This document shows positions 1 to 12,669 of a stretch of DNA of 64,000 nucleotides, piece by piece; the stretch's first letter is position 1; the number at the start of each line of letters is the position of its first letter. The stretch comes from Octopus vulgaris. Its lineage: Eukaryota. Location of the stretch: contig OX597814.1 of the NCBI GenBank assembly GCA_951406725.2, positions 184,574,001 to 184,638,000 on the forward strand, given 5' to 3'. The notes under the pieces were generated by a model that had not been told where the DNA came from, searched no databases, and worked only from the letters and a program-made list of their open reading frames with translations. Position numbers and translations under genes: made by a program.

Positions 1-1099
1 TCACATCTGTGTAATTTGTGTGTGTGGGGGTATTTTGTGTGTGGGGGGTGTTTTGTGTGTATGTGTGGGGGTGGGGGTGCTGGATAGAAAAAGAGAGACA
101 AAATCAGAGAGAGACTGTCTGTTCCTATTTGATGAAATATATATCATATATACCTAATTAAATGCTTTGCTATATATCCTTATAATGGTACCTACTCAAA
201 TTCACTATGTTAATTTTTTTTTTCTCATATGGTGTTATATTTTTAAGTATGAAATTTTCTGGATCATTTTTTTACCCTGAAATTCCCATGAATATTAATA
301 AATCATGAATATAAATAAATACAAACGAAACAAAAAAAAAAAACAACACACACACATAACCGCAAATAGATATTTTGACACACACGTATCAATACACATT
401 TATATATGACTCACATATCTTCACATTAAGACACACACGAACTCATAAGACAATACACACACACACACATACACAAGCAAACTAGTGTGAGACCATACGC
501 ACAAATACACATTCGTGTACAAATTCATACAGATGCAAACGTACATACATGAATACATTACATATATATACACACCCGTAGAGTTTTAAGTTAATGGGTC
601 TCTGTCGGATTCGGCGATGACTATCGTAGATGTGCGACTCGCTTAACTCCACCTAATCTGTGATTTACTGTGCAATGACACTGGTAGATTCAGTTTCGTT
701 CAGCTGGCTCTTTGACTTACATGTACAATTAGTTTGATCGGCTGTCGCAGTTTTCGATTGCCTAATCTCATTCACAAGTTCAGAATTGGCCTAGAGTAAT
801 CGTTAAATTCTCTTATCGAAGATATGCGATAGGATAGTTGTCGTAAGAAGTACCAGTTTTTTTTAAAATTGAAAATCCCAAACAAGGTATGGGACCATTT
901 AGTATAAGGGCCTATGAAGGAGAAATTAAATCGGAAGGAATGAATTTACTTTAGATTTAAACGAGTTCAGCTCATAACTAGAAGGAAATCGATGAAATGG
1001 AAAAGAGTTCCGAAGTCCGGCCGTTCGGGGGAAAATAGCTACAACTGTAGAAAGACTTCCTTATTCGTGGAAACACATTTGTTGTTGTTGTTGTAATCG

Positions 1100-1217
1100 T
1101 CGTCGTCATCATCATCATCATCATCACCACCATTATCACCACCATCATCACCCCCATCATCACCACGTCATCATCATCATCATCATCATCATCACCACCA
1201 TTATCATCACCATCATC

Positions 1218-1277
<60 letters not shown>

Positions 1278-1307
1278 GTCGTCGTCGTCGTCATCATCAT
1301 CATCATT

Positions 1308-1368
<61 letters not shown>

Positions 1369-1383
1369 ACATCATCATCATCA
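1100..1383. repeat. (CAT)n/(CAC)n/(CGT)n compound trinucleotide microsatellite
   Basis: Read directly from sequence; explains the poly-Met ORFs 978-1384. Confidence 0.97.
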
Positions 1384-1409
1384 CTAATAATAATGCTGAT
1401 ATATTAACT

Positions 1410-1700
1410 CATGCTTTGCTAAAACTCCTGGAGTCTTGCATGCGTTGCGGGAGTCCTATCTGCACCCTACGGTACCATGCTATCAATTTTTTTCATCTGT
1501 CTAATACCATTCCTGGTGGTTCTGACGGTCCCTATGAGGCAAACTTTTTTTGCAACATTTCCCCCTGGGTACCCGATTTCCGTTTCCTCTCTTGATGCTT
1601 TGTGATACTCTCCTCAGGATCCAACAACAATTTGCGCTATCTTCATCTTGTCCACAACCACTAGGTCCAGCTGGTTGTGCTCAAATACCTGCGCTGCTCG
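1410..1700 (-). mobile_element. Decayed C-terminal restriction-like endonuclease fragment of an R4/NeSL-type non-LTR retrotransposon
   Basis: Manual minus-strand translation gives QVFEHNQLDLVVVDKMKIAQIVV (cf. HNRPDLVVVDK) and MLQKKVCLIGTVRTTRNGIR (cf. QKACLLGTARILRKVL). Lies between (CAT)n/(TAA)n and (TTA)n tracts. Confidence 0.5.
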
Positions 1701-1857
1701 GAGTGGAAGATCGAACAGGAGTTGGCATGTCTCCGAATCCGCCACTCTGTGGTTTGTGCTCATGCCACACCTCTTTAACTAGAACTTGTTATGCAGTTTC
1801 AAATACTGCATTTCTGCTACCTCATCGTCAACTATTATTGTTATTATTATTATTATT

Positions 1858-2110
1858 GAGTGAGAGAGCAGTTCATGCCATCAAAGTGACACTGGGGTAA
1901 AATATACGAAGCCCAATATACACATCATGACTACCGGTCTGATAAGGGTACACCAGGCACATGCATCACAACCATATGTGCGCGACATGGTGATCTCATA
2001 TCAAGGTAAACAGCGCATGACCTTGCAGGTGGGGCCCAGTTAGAATTGTCTTCAGGTCGAGTCGCCCATCCCGCTCAAAAGGTCCTTGAATAAGGGCTGT
2101 TTAAGGATGT
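1858..2110 (-). mobile_element. Truncated copy of an unclassified (TAA)n-associated dispersed repeat
   Basis: Reverse-complement homologue of about 23085-23340 (e.g. ctgataagggtacaccagg, ctcaaaaggtccttgaa). (TTA)n on both sides. Confidence 0.8.
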
Positions 2111-2191
2111 TATTATTATTATTATCATTATTATTATTATCATTATTATCATTATTATTATTATTATTATTATTGTTGTTGTTGTTGTTGA

Positions 2192-2400
2192 TCTGCCGGA
2201 ATCGTTCGCACACCGGGCGAAATGCTTAGCGGCATTTCGTCTTCTGCACGTGCTGAATTCAGATTCTGCCGAGGTCGACTTTGCTTTTCATCTTTTCGGG
2301 GTCGATAAATTAATTTCCAGTGAAACAATGGGGTCGATGTAATCGACTTATTCCTTCCCCTCAAATTTCAGGCCTTGTGCCTATAGTAGAAAAGATTATT
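2192..2400 (+). mobile_element. tRNA-derived SINE-A, tail-B variant
   Basis: Shared body (gaaatgcttagcggcatttcgtc...gaggtcgactttgc...ggggtcgataaa), ending ccctcaaatttcaggccttgtgcctatagtagaaaag plus (ATT)n. Confidence 0.85.
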
Positions 2401-2422
2401 ATCATTATTGTTGTTGTAGTCG

Positions 2423-2550
2423 TCTTCTTCTTCTTCTTCTTCTTCTTCTTCTTCTTCTTCTTCTTCTTCTTCTTCTTCTTCTTCTTCTTCTTCTTCTTCT
2501 TCTTCTTCTTCTTCTTCTTCTTCTTCTTCATCTTCTTCTTCTTCTTCTTC
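2423..2550. repeat. (TTC)n microsatellite
   Basis: Near-perfect run read directly; source of the poly-Phe ORF. Confidence 0.98.
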
Positions 2551-2644
2551 TCACGCCATTAGCCACAAAGAATAATCTCTAATTCGAGCCTACTTTAAGC
2601 TACTAAGAATGCGTGTGGCAACTTGAAGATCCATTCACCACACG

Positions 2645-2712
2645 CGAATCGAAACCGTGTTCTTACGATTGCGAGTCCGCTGCCCTAACCACTGGGCCAT
2701 TGCATTTCCTCT
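2645..2712 (-). mobile_element. Isolated tRNA-like SINE-C head fragment
   Basis: Reverse complement matches the head at 39683 (aatggcccagtggttagggcagcggactcgc...ggtttcgattc). Confidence 0.75.
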
Positions 2713-2748
2713 TGTTGTTGTTGTTGTTGTTGCTATTATTATTTGAAA

Positions 2749-2905
2749 CGGTGAGCTGGCAGAATCGTTAGAGCGCCAGGCAAAACGCTTAGCGGCATTT
2801 CGTCTGATATTTACATTCTTAGTTCAAATTCCTTCGTGGTCGACTTTGCTTTTCATCCTTTTGGGATCCATAAAATAAGCACCGGTTGAGTACTGGGGTC
2901 GATGT
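2749..2905 (+). mobile_element. SINE-A copy, 3' truncated
   Basis: gagctggcagaatcgttag head and central gtcgactttgcttttcatcctttt domain. Confidence 0.85.
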
Positions 2906-3826
2906 ATCGCTGTCCACATACCAACAGGCAAATGAGAAAAAGCAAATTATCTTCTCCAATCTCCACAAACCAGTCCTCTCTTTCTTGAAAACCCACCATC
3001 ATCATTTGATATTTATTTCCAGCTCATAAGATTTATGCGGCAGTCCACTCGTAATTGTGTTCAAAAGATATGTTAATCTCATCGGCATCACCTGTTCTAG
3101 AGGACCTCTGCGGGGCCATGGGTAATTCCTCCAGAACAAATCAACAAAAACATTTAAAAAGCAAGATTTAAGAAAATGAGCGATCAATAATCCCTTTCTG
3201 CCTCTTATACATCTTTCCTTTTGTCCCCTCTCCTACGTTTTTCCCCAGTTACAATCCTTTTTATCATTATTTTGTTTCCCTTCTGCTCTATCACCTGCCA
3301 AGTACATTTTCCTGCTACCATCTCCTTTGAGATGAGAGAAAGCTCTGGTTTCATGACTATATAAACAGGTTTTATTTAACCGGTCGTTTGAATTCGCTCA
3401 GCATTTACTTATTCCTCCTTCACCTACCCATCTCTCGAACGCTCCTATTTATGGCTTTTTTTGTTTTACATCTTCACCGCCTGAACCATTCCTCTTTTTT
3501 TAATGTGTTCTTAGTATCCTTAATTCAACCAGAGAGCCACATGCCCCAAGATTACCAGGATTTGTCCTCAGAAATCGCCCCGTTATACGCAGGAAGTAAG
3601 ATTTATATACATATACATTTACGCATATGTAAATAAATATACGTATATAGGTATATAAAACGTATACATTTATATAAATGTGTATATGTGTATGTATATA
3701 AAAACACGAAGACGTATTCACTCATTGACTTTATACGCACAGACGTATACATTCTCACACATGTATACACTCATTGAACTTATACGCGTTGACGTATACG
3801 CTCTCATAAAGCAAGGCTTATATATC

Positions 3827-4426
3827 TGTTTCTTTACTACCCACAAGGGGTTAAACATAGAGGGGACAAACAAGGACAGACAAATGGATTAAGTCGATTA
3901 CATCGACCCCAGTGCGTAACTGGTACTTAATTTATCGACCCCGAAAAGATGAAAGGCAAAGTCGGCCGAGGCGGAATTTGAACTCAGAACGTAGCGGCGG
4001 GCGAAATACCTATTTCTTTACTACCCACAAGGGGCAACACAGAGGGGACAAACAAGGACAGACAAATGGATTAAGTCGATTATATCGACCCCCGTGTTCA
4101 ACTGGTACTTATTTAATCGACCCCGAAAGGATGAAAGACAAAGTCGACCTCGGCGGAATTTGAACTCAGAACCTAGCGACGGGTGAAATACCTATTTCTT
4201 TATTACCCACAAGGGGCTAAACACAGAGGGGACAAACAAGGACAGACACACGGATTAAATCGATTACATCGACCCCAGTGCGTAACTGGCACTTATTTAA
4301 TCGACCCCGAAAGGATGAAAGGCACAGTCGACCTCGGCGGAATTTGAACTCAGAACGTAGCGACAGACGAAATACCGCTAAGCATTTTGCCCGGCGTGCT
4401 AACGTTTCTGCCAGCTCGCTGCCTTT
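3827..4426 (-). mobile_element. SINE-A head-to-tail trimer with one 14-bp TSD
   Basis: Three body+tail units of about 185 bp and one head. TSD aaggcttatatatc at 3813-3826 and 4427-4440. Confidence 0.93.
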
Positions 4427-6488
4427 AAGGCTTATATATCGACAGCAACAATCTCTTCATTTTTGGTAATCTTTCATATCGCCAAAGCCTCTCCGTCATT
4501 CTTTTACATTAACCCATATTAACCTACTGTCCTCGTTTGCGGACAGTTGTATTTAGTTTATTTGCTGCAATAAAGGTTAACGGGACGCAAAATAGTGCTT
4601 GTTGTATTTGTTTAACCATTGCATTTGGGGTTTTTTACTGCCATAAAGGTTATCTAAAGGCTTCCGTATGTTTGTTATCCCTATTTATATAACTATCTTA
4701 AAAATTTCGACAGGGTTAACCTGGGTCAATGTCCCTTTATTGCCCACTCTATCTTTCTGCCTTACATTCCTTCTTTCGCTTACTTTTAGTGTTCACCAAT
4801 ATCGATTCTATAAATTCGGAGTAAGCCTTTTCTCCGTTTATCTTAGTAAAGCTAACAATCTTGAGTAGGGGTAGCTAATCAGTACTTCACTGATATCAAA
4901 ATTGTTTGGCCCCGAAAGAATAAAAGTGAGGATTCACTTCAGGAAGATTTGAACTCAGGATGTAAAAGAATGACACACCGTAATAGATGCCTGTTAGAGT
5001 TTTGTGTAAAATGAGAAATACGTCGGGGCTGCTTAAAATAAAATATTCCGTGTAATAATACTGATTGGCAATTTGTTTTATTATGACAGTGAATGCAACA
5101 AAAGGCCTTTTTTTCCAGACACTACTTTGAGAAAACACACACACACATACACACACGCAAATACATGCACGCACACTCAGACACACGGACACAGAAACAC
5201 ACAGGTACACAAGCAAGTGTAGGTTTGCCCATACTTAAAACTTTCTTAATTTTCTTTCTCTCACACATTTCGTTATTTCATCATACCCATTGCTCTAGTT
5301 CCCCTTTTCCCTCATTTGTTAATTAATTAAGAAAGAAATAAAGTAATTGATTAGCTTGTTGTTTCGTTGCAACCTGTGACGTTATTGAAGATGATGTGTT
5401 CCTTCGTACTGTTAAGGTTTTGTTTTTTATTTATCTGGCAATCCTTCGATGTTTTATATGCCGACGTTAATGAAAGACTGGTCCTTATATGTCTCAATTT
5501 TGAAAAGCAACCACTGAGGTCCCATCTAAGTTTCAGTCCTGAATTTACGAACGCCATTCGATAAACAACAAATGAGACGCACAAATCGAAAAAAAAAATT
5601 CATCACATTTCCATAATACTGCCATTTTGGTATTCTTCCCCCATTGTACTTGTTTCTCCACTTTCCCAAGAGACTCTTGTTCCTTTCTAAGACTCCACAA
5701 TTTCTCTCTTTCTCATTTAGTCTCTCTTGCCCTCCACCTTCTCTCTATCGCTCCCACACACTCGCATACATACATACACATTCACACACATATTTTGGCG
5801 CACGAGCAAGCGCATGTTTGCCCACACTTAAGAAATTCTTAATTTTCTATCTTATTTCTTCCTCACATTTCAGTGTTTAATTACACCTTTTTATCCTATT
5901 GACCTCTTCCTCTTTTTCATTTTTCCACCATTTTATCTTTACACTTCACTCACACACTCTTTCATTTTCATATTCTTTCTTTTCTTGTGTTTTTTCCCCT
6001 CACTCTCCTTTCCCTATTTTCATCACAATATCAGATTACCATAAAGTCTTCATTTAATATTCTCCACGCTTTCAGATTCTGAACCTCACTCTCCATTTCA
6101 TGTTTTCACAATTTTTTTCTCTCTCCTTTTCAAACCACACCATCACTCACTGTGATTACTTGTCTCTTTTTCCCAATTAAAAACAAAATCTCCCCCTCTT
6201 TGTACTTCCAACATTCACAGATCCTAGTAGATGGCAACTACCATTGATATCTCGGTGCGAATGAATCACTGTACTATTGATATGACACATGCTGCGCACA
6301 CACATGCACAACTACACACACGCAAAAATATACAGACCAAAATGTTTGTATGAATATAAGTTTTATATATAAGTGTATATATATATGTGTGCGTATGTGT
6401 ATATACATATATATATACATATACATGCATATATATTAATATATCTATATAGAAATATATGTAAGCATATATATATATATGTGTGTGT

Positions 6489-6533
<45 letters not shown>

Positions 6534-6603
6534 CATGCATATATATTAATATATCTTTACATAAATATATGTAAGCATATAAATTTATATATGTGTGTGT
6601 GTA

Positions 6604-6635
<32 letters not shown>

Positions 6636-6804
6636 CTTTATTTAAAGCAGCAGAAAATTCAACAAAACCTGTTACTCTGTTACGGAAAACTCAGAGTAAC
6701 AGGTTTTGTTGAATTTTCTGCTGCTTTAAATAAAGCATATTACTCTACCACTGGTATTTGAGTACTCTTTTTTCCACCTTGTTTCACATTTATGTGTTTA
6801 CTCC

Positions 6805-6806
<2 letters not shown>
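6636..6806. repeat. Fold-back insert: perfect 44-bp inverted repeat (6636-6679/6692-6735) with a roughly 70-bp one-sided extension, in (TA)n
   Basis: Arms are exact reverse complements with a 12-nt spacer ttacggaaaact. Confidence 0.9.
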
Positions 6807-6858
<52 letters not shown>

Positions 6859-7404
6859 GGTGTATGTGTGTGTGTGTTTGTGTGCGTGCGTGTGTGTGTG
6901 TGTGTGTGTGTTTGTGTGCTCAGAATTAAAGCCTAAATTAACAACACTAAGACGAGTAAATTTCGAGGCATGAATATTAGGAAATTTCTCACGGAACGAT
7001 TTAGAAAATGGAAGCATATTTGATGCTCTCGAGCCTAAGTTCGCCCTCATTGAATTAAGTATTTAGAAGAGAATTTGAGAACAGACGTGATAGAATAGTG
7101 GAAACAAACAAAAAATATGTAGAAGAGATAAAAATATAATAGCTAGGATCGTGAAAAACTGAAGTGTTGGAAATGAGGCTCAAATTATCTGGCGTAATCT
7201 AGTAGTAATCCTGGAGAATTTGAAAAGGCAATCATTAATCTAGTAGAAGAGTTTTCAGATAAAAATTGGGAGGTAATTGGAGGTCAGGAAAATGAGGTTG
7301 ATTTGATTCGATGACAAGCAAGTATAAATTCAGAATTAGCGATGAAAATAACTACAGGTTACAGTCAAAACAAAATGTAATCCGCAATTCTAAACTTAAT
7401 TAAA

Positions 7405-7590
7405 TTTTTGTTTCAAATTTTGGCAGAAGGCCTACAATTTCGGGGAAGCGTGTTAGTCTATTACATTAATCACGGTGTTTAAATGATCCTTATTTTATCG
7501 ACTCCGAAAGGGTGTGAGACAAAGTCGACTTCATTGGAATTTGAACTTAGAACGTAAAGACGGACTGAATACCGCCAAGCATTTTGCCCC
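7405..7590 (-). mobile_element. Diverged SINE-A (tail B)
   Basis: actccgaaagggtgtgagacaaagtcgact...ggaatttgaacttagaacgt matches the reverse complement of the family body. Confidence 0.75.
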
Positions 7591-8077
7591 ACTTCGCCTA
7601 AGAACGTACGAGAAGTGTCCGTGACGTTCCAAACTTCAGTTCTGTCTCAAAGACTTAGATATTTAAAAATGATGAAATGTAGACGGTAGTTCAGAACATG
7701 TATGTTTGCGAAGGTAAGAAAATAAGTGAACGAGGATTAAGGACGTATTGAAATGATGCGTTGAAAACGAACCAAATACGTGTCAGATGTCGTACAATCG
7801 CTTCTCCTCCATGCTTCAACAGCTCATGTAACTTGTCCGGGTTCACGTACCCATGTGTGTGTTTGTGCTTGTGTGTGTTTGTGTGTGTGTTTGTGCGTAT
7901 GCAAGTGTGCATGCGTGTGCTTGCGTGTTTTTTCTAAGAAAATGTCTAAAAGAAAAGGCTTTTTACGAATTCACCGTCTTAGTATTGCCAATCAGTATTG
8001 CTTCTCAGAATATTTTATTTTAAGACAGCCTGCCATATTTATCTGGCTACATATCTCCATGTTAATTGCACACGTAC

Positions 8078-8161
<84 letters not shown>

Positions 8162-8166
8162 TGATT

Positions 8167-8226
<60 letters not shown>
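8078..8226. repeat. (GATA)n microsatellite
   Basis: Read directly. Confidence 0.98.
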
Positions 8227-8227
<1 letters not shown>

Positions 8228-8246
8228 GTAGATACACACACAAGTG

Positions 8247-8285
<39 letters not shown>

Positions 8286-8321
8286 AGATGTACTCGCATA
8301 GCAAGTGATTTATATATATAA

Positions 8322-8845
8322 AATAAACATATATATAAAATAAACATGGGACAAGAACACAAAACATCCGGACAGGTAGGTGATACAAAAAGGAACAACA
8401 AAACATCCATATAGATGATGCATAACAACGAGGACGGGTCATTCGAAGTTTTCTTTCCTCAGTCAAGTACCAGAATATCTTCGCAATTTCGGCTGATTAT
8501 ACTTGAGATTGCTCCAATATGGCCAAGGAAAAACTAAGCTAACAACATTAGATTCATTGGAAGAAAGCAGCGAATGTATACAAAAACAAGGACGGAAAAA
8601 ATGGACAATGTTACACAAATGCAATAAAAATAATAACAGGACATAACAACAGGTGTCTTTCGACTAAGGACGAATTAAATTAAGCTGGCGTATGTGGAAA
8701 TGAAGCCTTACGGCAGGGATACAAGATTTCACAAACACAGGGAGAAATATCGATGTTGCATGGACAATGGCCAGACTAAGAAAGAAAGAACAAGCTTGGC
8801 CAAACGCCGGTCACGTGAGAAGAGAAGAGAGAAGTAGAAGCAGAG
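8322..8845. mobile_element. Unclassified dispersed repeat next to (TA)n; second, shorter copy at 33236-33422
   Basis: Shared blocks atgggacaagaac, aggtgatacaaaaagg, ggacgggtcattcgaag, gcaatttcggctgatta, cttgagattgctc. Confidence 0.7.
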
Positions 8846-9269
8846 GTCATATACATACGCATGCGCAGGCATACACACACACACACGCACATACACTTAC
8901 ATGTATATACAAATCCACTGTATTAAGCTTTCTCATACAAACAGTCCATCAATTCCTATATGAAACAGCAAATATCTTTTCCTGAATCTTAGGACCCTCG
9001 GTTTCAAGCGAAAACTGTTAACTTGTTATCTACGATGACGTAAGTTACTTCAGCTAATGCCTAATATCATAACACACACACACATACGCACATGCACACA
9101 CAGAGAAACGCACACACAGAGAAACGCACACACATATAGTTCGTAAATGTATTAAAGGAAAATCTAAGAATATCTCCATCAATGACGTCGATACGGTTGC
9201 AATTGATTAGGAAGTGTGAATGGAGAATAGAAGAAAGCGGAGGGAATAAACAGATTGATTAAGAGTGGC

Positions 9270-9304
<35 letters not shown>

Positions 9305-9382
9305 CGCAGCAAGTGTGTGTGTTACTTAACTTTATATTTGTACATGCGTGCATATGTATGTAAGTATGTATGTATGTATGTA

Positions 9383-9458
<76 letters not shown>

Positions 9459-9962
9459 TCTATTTGTATATACATATGTATATAGAGAGAGAGAGAAAAA
9501 GAAAGATACATAGATAGGTAGATGTATATTTATACGTATATATATATATATATATATATCCGCATACATACATGCATATACATACACTCACGCACATACA
9601 CAATACATATGAACGTGTACATTTGTTTTTACATACGGGCGTGGGAATGGTCGTCTGCAAGTAGATTGGCAATTTGTACTTTTTTAATCGTTAGTAAAAT
9701 TTTTGACTCAAAGTGGTTCTCTCATCTTTTCTCAAATTTTTCATAATTTCATATTTTAGGTGGAATAATTAGTTTAGCTTTCGTGTAATCCGTAGCTTTC
9801 GTCTTATGAAATAAATGTGCTTATTTCTTTTTTTTTTTTTTTTTGTGTATGAGTGCGTATATGTGTATAAATCTAAATGTATATGTATATACATATTTAC
9901 TCATGTATACATTTATATATGTATATATATATATATATATATATAAATGTATACATGAGTAA

Positions 9963-10026
<64 letters not shown>

Positions 10027-10910
10027 CTATATATATATATATATATATACAATGTATACATTTATATATATATATATATACACGCACTGACATATACACA
10101 CGCACCACACATATATCTGTTATAAAGTGCACGTGTACTTATGTAAATAGCTATTCATGAAGAGTCATACATTACCGAGGTAACGGTTTCACACGAAAGA
10201 AATTTTCACTCTGTCCTCCATCATTAAAATCTCATTAAAGTGAAAACTAACTGAAATGAGGGATATTTGAACCAGTTTATCCTGAGTCCAAATTAAAGCA
10301 GCTTTACTATGATTAAGGAAAGGATATTAGAGACGTTTTGGCACGGTTCACGTAACAGGGTTTTAAACCTAATAAAACGAGAAACGGTTATTAGCAACAA
10401 CAGCTTAATCTCCTTCACTGCCTGCACTATTGTAAAAGGTGTGAGAGAATGGATAATGTCGTCCAATACACATCATGTCCAAAACAAAATAGTAAATTTT
10501 GGTAATGAGGTCAACAGAAATAGGGTTGCTCCGAGGGATTTCTGGAGTAATGTTACTCGACAAGGTTCGTAACTGGAAAATCAGAGTGTCTCTCCAGCTC
10601 GATCCGCTACTTCTTTCCATTGAGAAATCACAGCCCCCGCCACAGACAAGGAGATAGAATGTCGCAGGGAAGAATTTTAGGACAGATTCTCCAAGCTCAG
10701 TGAACTAGTAGGAGACCTAAAGATAGATTAACAATGAGATGATTGAATAATAATATCTATAATCTCATCAGTTGATCAGGTTTGGGAATCCATCTGGAAA
10801 GTATAATGACAGCTGCTTCTGATGAAATCCTATTGGAAGATACCTGAGGACTTTATACCCAACAACCCTTCTTAGAATACTGGGCGGAGATGATGTATGT
10901 ATGTATGTAT

Positions 10911-11050
10911 GGATGGATGGATGGATGGATGGATGGATGGATGGATGGATGGATGGATGGATACATGGATGGATGGATAGATGGATGGATGGATGCATGG
11001 ATGCATGGATGGATGGATGGATGGATGGATGCATGGATGCATGGATGGAT
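10911..11050. repeat. (GATG)n microsatellite
   Basis: Read directly. Confidence 0.97.
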
Positions 11051-11138
11051 AGTAAATCGAAGACGAATGAAATAATCGAGGATTGAATGTCTTGATTATT
11101 GGTCTTCTCATCAAAACAAACCTGGGACTAAAAACTTC

Positions 11139-11640
11139 CATCACCACCATCACCACCAGCACCACCAGCACCGACACCAGCACCACCACCAGCACCACCA
11201 GCACCGCCACCACCACCACCATCACCACCAGCACCACCAGCACCGACACCACCACCACCACCACCACCACCACCACCACCACCAGCAACACCAGCACCGA
11301 CACCAGCAGCAGCAGCAGCACCACCACCACCACAACCAGCACCGCCGCCACCACCACCACCAGCACCGCCACCACCACCACCACCATCACCACCAGCACC
11401 ACCAGCACCGACACCACCACCACCACCACCACCACCACCACCACCACCACCACCAGCAACACCAGCACCGACACCAGCAGCAGCAGCAGCACCACCACCA
11501 CCACAACCAGCACCGCCGCCACCACCACCACCAGCACCGCCACCACCACCACCACCATCACCACCAGCACCACCAGCACCACCAGCACCAGCACCACCAC
11601 CACCGGCAGCACCGCCGCCACTGCAATCACCACTAGTGCA
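11139..11640. repeat. GC-rich (ACC/AGC/GCC) triplet tract with a higher-order 171-bp duplication
   Basis: Block accagcaacaccagcaccgacaccagcagcagcagcagc begins at 11281 and again at 11452. Confidence 0.9.
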
Positions 11641-11727
11641 ACCTCTGCCAGCAACCACAAATTGTACACAAAGAAAACGTGCTAGACGTATCATATAATT
11701 CGAGTATATCGGCTGTCGTAGTGAATG

Positions 11728-12215
<488 letters not shown>

Positions 12216-12239
12216 ATAAATAGCAGACCAGACACTGGA

Positions 12240-12313
12240 TGCCGAAACCCGGGAATGAACCAGGGACCTTTTAGATCATCAGTCTAACGCTCTTCCAACA
12301 GAGCTATTTCGGC
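12240..12313 (-). tRNA. tRNA-Phe-derived gene, probably a pseudogene, with anticodon changed from GAA to GAT
   Basis: Minus strand reads GCCGAAATAGCTCTGTTGGAAGAGCGTTAGACTGATGATCTAAAAGGTCCCTGGTTCATTCCCGGGTTTCGGCA. Against the canonical metazoan tRNA-Phe(GAA) as I recall it, there are 5 substitutions and 1 inserted A; stems pair, but A-box and B-box positions are altered. Confidence 0.88.
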
Positions 12314-12395
12314 TGGCGAAATGAAACTTTAGATGAAACATTATTTTACATTGAAACAGGTGTTAACCGCATTATAACGATTATAATCATTTTCT

Positions 12396-12669
12396 GGCTT
12401 TTCTTTCCACGGGTAAACCTCACCTGTCCTCCCCTTTACACTTCATATTGACATTTCTGTGATAACGATCCCTATTGATCAAATTTTTTTTCCTTCCCCC
12501 ACCTTTTTTTTTATTTTATTTTATCCCTCCCTTTTTTTGTCCTCTTTCTTTCCATTTACGATCCCTTTTGATCGAAAACCAAACCCCCTTCTTTTACCCC
12601 CAAAAGAAAAGCTCTACCTTGTAATTTTGTCCTGTCTGTGTGCAGCCCTGTGTGGCTAATAAAGAAACA
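12396..12669 (+). mobile_element. 5'-truncated non-LTR retroelement 3' end with 14-bp TSD; terminus resembles SINE-A tail A
   Basis: TSD tataatcattttct at 12382-12395 and 12670-12683. Ends ttgtcctgtctgtgtgcagccctgtgtggctaataaagaaaca. Confidence 0.8.

Noticed and set aside
3827-4426. Regularly spaced repeats as a possible CRISPR array
   Set aside because: The units are whole SINE bodies without unique spacers; the context is eukaryotic and there are no cas genes.
4509-4719. TTAA-CCC...GGG-TTAA as a piggyBac-like MITE
   Set aside because: Inverted match covers only 3 bp beyond TTAA, which is compatible with chance.
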